NCBI GenBank assembly: GCA_951406725.2
Contig: OX597820.1
Location: 93,992,001-94,056,000, forward strand
Direction of reading: 5' to 3'
DNA: 64,000 bases
Source of the DNA: Octopus vulgaris
Taxonomy: Eukaryota
In this document: piece by piece, positions 53,604-64,000 of the stretch
Numbering within the stretch: the first letter of the stretch is position 1
Layout of the letters: the number at the start of each line of letters is the position of its first letter
The notes under the pieces: generated by a model
Database searches by the model: none
What the model was told of the DNA's origin: nothing
The model's input: only the letters and a program-made list of their open reading frames with translations
Translations under genes and position numbers: made by a program

Positions 53604-53860
53604 ATGAGGATTTATACATTGGAAATAAGCTTTTAAAGGTCCTAGAAATTCAAGTAGTTTATGAAGATGAAGTAGCAGACATTATACGAAGTGATCAGGA
53701 ATGCATGAAAAGTTACGAAAGTCGGGATATATCAGGGGAAGAGGTAATGCTATTTAGATTCCTCGAAAGAGAAAAGGGCTTCTTCACTGACTATATCAAA
53801 CTGAATGAAACACCCAGCGGGTAGGACGGGATTACATTAATTTATACAAGGAAGCTAACA

Positions 53861-54265
53861 GGCGCAGGAGTGGCTGTGTGGTAAGTAGCTTGCTAACCAA
53901 CCACATGGTTCCGGGTTCAGTCCCACTGCGTGGCATCTTGGGCAAGTGTCTTCTGCTATAGCCCCGGGCCGACCAATGCCTTGTGAGTGGATTTGGTAGA
54001 CGGAAACTGAAAGAAGCCTGTCGTATATATGTATATATATATATGTATGTGTGTGTGTGTTTGTGTGTCTGTGTTTGTCCCCCTAGCATTGCTTGACAAC
54101 CGATGCTGGTGTGTTTACGTCCCCGTCACCTAGCGGTTCGGCAAAAGAAACCGATAGATTAAGTACTGGGCTTACAAAAAAATAAGTCCCGGGGTCGATT
54201 TGCTCGACTAAAGGCGGTGCTCCAGCATGGCCGCAGTCAAATGACTGAAACAAGTAAAAGAGAGA
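53861..54265 (+). mobile_element. CORE-type SINE (OR-like), full length
   Basis: A box TGGCTGTGTGG, B box GGGTTCAGTCC, CTTGGGCAAGT core, internal TA/TG tract. Confidence 0.9.
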
Positions 54266-54709
54266 AAGAGATTATAGATCTTAAATATTTCAGAGTCACC
54301 AATCTACTTCTTAACTTGCATAAACTATTTTCCAACATCTTCACTGTCTTTATCACGTGTTCATTAATACTGTCTTTGACTACAGTTAAGCAAAATAACA
54401 ACCAGGATTGAAAAGGGTTTTAACAAGCGATAAAAATTAATGGCCATGAAATAAGTTATTCACCAACATCGAAAATATAGACAACTTTTTGTGCTTAGGT
54501 CTTAATGGTTACGAGAATTCCTTCCTAAGAATGAATACCTGTGTGCTGTGTTGTGTGTGTTTTGCTTAAATCTACTAGGTTAATTTAAATCTGTTGAATA
54601 TTTATCATGGAAATCTTGTCAGTCTTCTTTAATTCTAATGTATTTGGTGAATGCGTATGTGATTTTGCAAAAAAGATAAGGCAAAATCTGTTAAATACAC
54701 GTGAGTGTA

Positions 54710-57620
<2,911 letters not shown>

Positions 57621-57820
57621 CTGAGATGGTAAACGTTTTTAATTTTCATTCCATTTCATGAATTTATCCCCCCCTTGTGTATCTAGCACTTGCTTCTTTA
57701 ATTGGAAGCCTTTTAATGAATATATAGATATAGATATATATGCATGTGTGTGTGTATATATAGATATATATATATGTGTGTGTGTACATATTTTGTATAT
57801 GTATATATATGTATGTATTA

Positions 57821-58015
57821 CCTTCAAAACGCGGAGTATATAAAACAGAGGGCAACTGATGAAGGGAATGTTCTTTTTGTTGCATGTCTCGTTTGTCTGT
57901 TTGTTTGTTCTTTTTCGTTGCTCGAAAAAAGTTCGTTTTCTATGTTTTTGCTTTTTATGTACTCGTTTCTTATTCTGTCCACGTTTTTTTTTATGTCCTA
58001 TACCCATATATGCAT
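57821..58015 (+). repeat. Second copy of the 1053-1245 family
   Basis: CCTTCAAAACGCGGAG..TAAAACAGAGGGCAACTGATGAAGGGAATGTTCTTT. Confidence 0.75.
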
Positions 58016-58058
58016 GTATATATACATATATATGTAGATATGTATACATGCATGTATT

Positions 58059-58095
<37 letters not shown>

Positions 58096-58218
58096 TATAC
58101 ACATATATATATATATACATATATACATATATATATATACACATATATATATATATACATATATACATATATATATATACACATATATATATATACATAT
58201 ATACATATATATATACAC

Positions 58219-58254
<36 letters not shown>

Positions 58255-58255
58255 G

Positions 58256-58300
<45 letters not shown>

Positions 58301-58667
58301 ATATATGTATGTATATCTATATATATATAGGTATATATATATATATGTATATCTATATATATAGGTATATATATATGTATATCTATATATATAGGTATAT
58401 ATATATATGTGTGTGAGTAATCATATATATATATATACGTCTATATATATACGTATATATATACGTATATATATGTATACATATGTGTATATATATGTAT
58501 ACATATGTGTATATATAAACATGTATACATATGTGTATATATATATACATGTATACATATGTGTATATATATACATGTATACATATGTGTATATATATAT
58601 ATATGTATACATATGTGTATACATATATATGTATACATGTGTATATATATATATTATATATATATAT

Positions 58668-58700
<33 letters not shown>

Positions 58701-58765
58701 GTATATATATATATGTGTATGTATATATATATGTATATATATATATGCATATATGTATGTATACA
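58016..58765. repeat. Degenerate TA/CA/TG array
   Basis: Direct reading. Confidence 0.95.
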
Positions 58766-58859
58766 CGTACTTAAATGTGTGCGAATGAGCGTACGCGCGC
58801 ATAAGTATGCGGAAATTTGTGTGAATGTGTGTAATACATATTATTGCAAGGAGATAACT

Positions 58860-59800
58860 AATGTCCATACAGATACGAAATATCAGCGATAAAAATCTCT
58901 CTATAAAAGAGCACTTAGATTCTGGTCCACAACCGAAGCGCATGATCAACATTTTTCACAGAGCTGAGTAACAACAGCTATTCTGCCAAACTAACAGACG
59001 AAGCCATAGAAAACTTGAAACACTAATACAATGTAAAAATAAACATCAGACATCAAACGTATTAAAATTCACGAGCCAAACATAAAGTGTGTTTAATAAG
59101 ACAACTACATATTAACTACAGGATAAATGAACACATCAAAAACCTCATAAAACAGAACACCAACTTCATTATATCAAAGCATAAAGTAACACTAATACTA
59201 TATTATGAAATCACTTAAATTTATAAAAAGCATTTTTCGTTAAAAAAAAGTCTAGACATCTACACACACGAACAGGTTATCAGTACCAAAGTGATTAATT
59301 CGATTGCAAAACGTCAACGTTGCAAACTTCATGACTCCAACTATTATATTGGTCATACAACTTCGACACCATTTCGCTGGTTACGCACACATTACAAGAA
59401 GTCATTGTAAAGTGCTACACCTTATAGTACAAAACACTACACTAGTACAAAAAGAAATTTATACAGGAAAACATGAATAGATAACACATCAAAATTTTTC
59501 AAATACGTGACAAATATATAATACCAATGAGGAGGCCATACATGAAGTACAGAACTGAAAACAAAAGCAAGATACAGATAATCAGAAATAAAAATGTAAC
59601 ACTTGTGGATGACGTATAAATCTAATGGTCAAAAGTAAAATTTTGCTGATCAATCACCAGCAACATACGCCATTCACACCCTTATCCTGAAGATGGGACT
59701 AAGAAGTTCTAGAAACACAGATGTGAGATTTAGGAACTTCAAGTTTTAAGTAAACTGCAACGAACTCGTACAAATAAATAATACTAGTATGTCGTATCTT
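58860..59800 (+). mobile_element. Decayed Penelope-like element (RT C-terminus, GIY-YIG endonuclease, 3' hammerhead)
   Basis: [12 protein letters not shown] from 58893, LSNNSY near 58964 (cf. L..NGY), LHYIK 59164 (cf. LPYI) and YYIGHT 59342-59359, in the expected PLE order, followed by a hammerhead core. Confidence 0.75.
59680..59734 (+). ncRNA. Decayed type I hammerhead ribozyme
   Basis: CTGAAGA (59687) TGGGACT-AAGA-AGTTCTA GAAA; the 7-bp stem II is intact, while the cleavage triplet and stem I are damaged. Confidence 0.6.
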
Positions 59801-59934
59801 CGAATCAACACACACATGAAAACACACAAATCAATGTGTGTGTGTGTGTGTGTGTGTTTCTATGTGTCCATATATATATATATATAAACATGTATATTCT
59901 AATACAAAATGCAAACATACATTTACGTTTGTCG

Positions 59935-60006
<72 letters not shown>

Positions 60007-60249
60007 GATAGCTAGATATAAACACGCACATGCAATGTATGTGTATGTATGCAATTTGTATTTGAACACACACATGTATATATGCATATGTTAATATATG
60101 CTTGTGTTTACAAGTGTATCTATGTGCACATAAGAGTGTGTGTACAATGAAAGAAGAGAACTGATGAAAAATCTTATCCAACGGAAACTTTGTGAGCAGT
60201 AATATTAAACTGACTGAAAAATAATATGAAGATATAAAATAGCATGGTT

Positions 60250-60374
60250 TTATATATATATATACACATACATATATACATACACCGACATACATATATA
60301 CGCATGCATACATATGTGCATACATCCAATATACACACACACATATATATATATATATATACATACACATATAT

Positions 60375-60405
<31 letters not shown>

Positions 60406-60408
60406 CAT

Positions 60409-60439
<31 letters not shown>

Positions 60440-60616
60440 CATACACCCACACACACACATATATATATATATATACATACACCCACACACACACACACAT
60501 ATATATATATATACATACACCCACACACACACATATATATATATATATACATACACACACACACATATATATATATACATACACCCACACACACACATAT
60601 ATATATATATATACAT

Positions 60617-60661
<45 letters not shown>

Positions 60662-60706
60662 TATATATATATATATACATACACACACACATATATATAT
60701 ATACAT

Positions 60707-60748
<42 letters not shown>

Positions 60749-60750
60749 TA
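60250..60750. repeat. Alternating (CA)n/(TA)n higher-order microsatellite
   Basis: Repeating ~30-bp blocks CATACAC(C)CACACAC(AT)n. Confidence 0.9.
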
Positions 60751-61350
60751 TACGTGTGTATGAACGTGTGTATTGTGCATATACCTTTGTGTATGCGTAT
60801 ATATATAAGTGTGTGCATGTGTGTGCGTGTGTGATTCGTGAATCTCCAGTTACAAATTTTGGTCTGATTTCTCAAAAGCAGAGATAGATCGATAATTATA
60901 CTTCCAGAAGTCTGCAACAGTTTTCCTTCTTCCATAAGGAATATCAATTAAAAAGGAATACGTGTGTGTGCGCGCATGTGTGTGTTTGTGCATGGGAAGG
61001 GAGAGGTGCAGGGAGAGGCGGAGACAAAGTGACAGAGATTTAGATATAAATATACAGAGACAGACAGAGACAGAGAGTAAAAGAGAAGATCAAGTTTATT
61101 CAAAATGAATTACAGAAGTTTTAACTTTTAATTGATGCTTCCGAATCCCTACCCATTTCATTTCCTTTACATGGGACTATTTGCCGTTTCTCTCATTATG
61201 AAAGCTTATTAATTAATCAGCCTAATTAAAACAGGTTTTAATCAGTTGTTGAGATTCTGAAATCATTTAGTATTAAGCTACGTCAATCTACTTTTTTGTT
61301 TCAATTGAGACCCTCGGATATCTACGTATTAAGATTTGAGAAACCTATGT

Positions 61351-61547
61351 CGGCGGGCTGGCAGAATAGTTACCGTGCCGGGCAAAATGCTTAGTGGCAC
61401 TTTGTCCGTGTGTAGGTTCGGAGTTCAAATGCCGCCCTGGTCGACTTTGCGTTTTATCCTCCGGGATCGATAAAATAAGTACCAACTGAACTCTCCTTAC
61501 CTATTCCTCCGAAATTGCTGGCTTCGTGGCAAAATTTTAAATCAATA
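61351..61547 (+). mobile_element. Meta-domain SINE, tail B
   Basis: Head and core; imperfect TSD TGAGAAACSTA. Confidence 0.8.
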
Positions 61548-64000
61548 TCTGAGAAACGTAGATTTGTATGTACTTTGTGTATGTGCGTGTATGTTTAAGT
61601 GTGTATATACGTATATTTACAAATGTATGTGTGTGTGTGTATGCGTGCGCGCACGTGTGTTTGAGCTTCTATAAATTTTATTTATTATTCTCGAAAGAAT
61701 TTCACGAAGACTACATATTTAAAAAAGACACAACATGCACATACTTAGAATTTATATTTATTAATAATTGAATAGCTTACAATTTTACGAGTGTCTCCAT
61801 GTGCTGTATCTTTGAAAAATGATGTATTGAAGCACTCTTACATATCTAGAATCCTTAATTAGATATATCTTCATCACCTTAATGAACAAACCCAAGGAGG
61901 TAACTAGGAGGGCAGAACAGAACGAACCATCACCTTTCATGTCAAAATATCCTCTACTAACTATGTTGTATACCTTTTCTTTCGTTTGTACACTCAGAGA
62001 GTGTGAGTGTGTGTGTATAAAAACAAGGTAGTATCAACACCTTGTCTTTATACGTGATGTGAGAACTCAGTACGTGATATGAAGTATTGTAAACTTTATT
62101 GTCAATGAATATCGCAGCGTGCTATTTAAGTTTCCTCGTTTCCTAAAGCAAACAACGATAAGAAATGGTATTCCATAAGCGAATATACATGGAAAAAACG
62201 CGTTGGCAGTAAACAAAGCTTGGGGATGTAATTTCTCCTTCGATTGGTTAAGAACGATGGATGTTTTTTTTTGTTTAAATCTACCGAATGGAAGTTTTTT
62301 AATGACTACTTGACTTCTGACAAACTCTGACGGCTTTATCTAATCAAATCCTTAAAACAAAATGTAGACTTAGTGGAACTTGAAATCAAATGTGAAGAAC
62401 CAATAAATACGTATGTTGCAAATCTAGTTATATTAAGTGATACGAGATTTGTTTTTGGTACTACTGAACATTGCTAAATTAGATACACATTCTTACCCGT
62501 AACTTCGAATACAGACGACTGCAACTAGCCTTTATCAATTTACTACTAACTTTCATGAATTGGCTCGTAGCAGAGCTGTATATTTTTAGGGAATTTTGCA
62601 AAACAAGTTAACATAAATCACAGCACAGTAATAAGAAATCAGAAAGGCAAAATCGCAAAACAGCTTATTCTGAATAGTCGAGACAGCTTCATCTAGAACA
62701 CTGGAATAAGATTATTTCGTAATCGATCACTTCTCTAGATGTGGCCATGTTTCTAATGTATGATCGAATAGAGCTAATGTAGGTTATTCAACCCGAGATA
62801 AGCATTTATGATCCATGAATCAAGAGGTCGGTATTTTATCGATTTGGTTAACGATTTAGTATGATATAAGGAAACCACGAATTAAGAAACCCCGCCCATT
62901 GTTATATGGTAGTTACGCAAAATCTGTATCGCAATAAATCAAGTCTGAGTTATGCTTATGGATTCTTTTGAAAAACTATTTAACTTTACATCTATTGTTA
63001 ATGCCCTTCGGAATATCATGAATAGCATGAACAACATACAACTCCATGTCTCTAACTCAAATAAACGTTGTGAATAACACACATTCTCATATGTCTAATT
63101 CAAATAAACATAGTGCCGTCAAGAAGAAAAAGCTCAAAGTAAATCGAAACTTTTCGCTCGGTCGTCAATTCCTTTTTAAGCTCCTTAGCTTCAATTACGT
63201 CGCAACATATTACTTGAAAAAATTATTTGGAAAGGCATTTTTGTTACAATACCCAATTTGCTTCCGTGCCGATGTACCAATATTATCTAAAACAGCTGAA
63301 CTATCGATCATGATAGGAAAGTTCAAAGGTAATTTTAAATAGTTTAATTACCATGAGCAAGTGTAGTAGCTGATATTTCGGGTTTTTGCCCTTCGTCTGA
63401 GCATGAGAAGCAGAGATAACTGGTGCCCTCATTCTGTCTTTTTTTGTGTGTATGTCTTTTGCCGATGTCAATCGGTGAAGGCCACCACCAGCGACAAGAA
63501 AACCAGTAAAATCCTGTGCTTTTCGAACCAAGTTCTTTGTGATATTTGTTCTGCAGGGAGCCACAGATGCTCCTTTGTCATTCTTTCTGTCAAAGATGCA
63601 ATGTATCAATGATTAGTTCATTTGAAACCTGCAGCTTACGACGGCACTATTATTCAAGAAGTAAGACATAAAATGAATAGAAAATTAAATAAACACACAC
63701 ACAACTTCTAATCAATCAGATTCTGTTCTATGATTTTGTTAACCGATAACCTTGTGCAGTTTGCTACCATATGTCAGCCACATTTGCTATATACATATAT
63801 ATATATATATCACCAACACAAAAGAAGCCAACCAACGTTTATTTGCTGAAATTATAATCAACTCCACAGAGTATTATCTACTTACAGGAACTGTAAAGCT
63901 ACCATTCTTTATTAATCACCGACATTTGAAAGTTTGCCAAAATGGACAACGTACATTGGTTCCAATGTATAAGTTAAATCTTGGCTTACATGTATGTTAC

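Larger units (their letters stand above)
51690..53850 (+). mobile_element. Decayed RTE-clade LINE (APE endonuclease and linker), interrupted by SINEs
   Basis: IGEFDAKV 51864-51887, IMNTFFK 51999-52019, IDFIL from 52075, NDH 52146-52154 and EEFYEDLY near 53330 match RTE motifs GDFNAKV, I.NTFF, IDYIL, SDH and FY..LY. Confidence 0.8.

Overview
AT-rich, microsatellite-saturated eukaryotic DNA. The SINE complement (tRNA-headed Meta-, CORE- and Nin-domain types resembling octopus OK/OR SINEs) points to a coleoid cephalopod, probably Octopus; this is inferred from repeat content only. Almost all long ORFs in the supplied track are translations of simple repeats. The one convincing protein-coding segment is a minus-strand ORF (20256-19765). 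It encodes an intact mariner/Mos1-type N-terminal HTH joined to non-transposase sequence and ends at a splice donor, so it is a candidate domesticated transposase-derived gene. The rest is layered mobile-element debris: CR1-like, RTE, L1-like ORF1 and Penelope remnants (two with hammerhead motifs), a complete non-autonomous Helitron, dozens of SINEs (several with TSDs), an unclassified ~200-bp (AAC)n-tailed family and a ~2.9-kb (TA)n array. Unexplained structure includes a near-perfect 61-bp palindrome, a decayed 33-bp (11-codon) tandem repeat, a promoter-motif cluster at 37.8-38.5 kb and a few candidate exons. All calls come from reading the sequence by eye; element boundaries are approximate unless a TSD or terminus is quoted.
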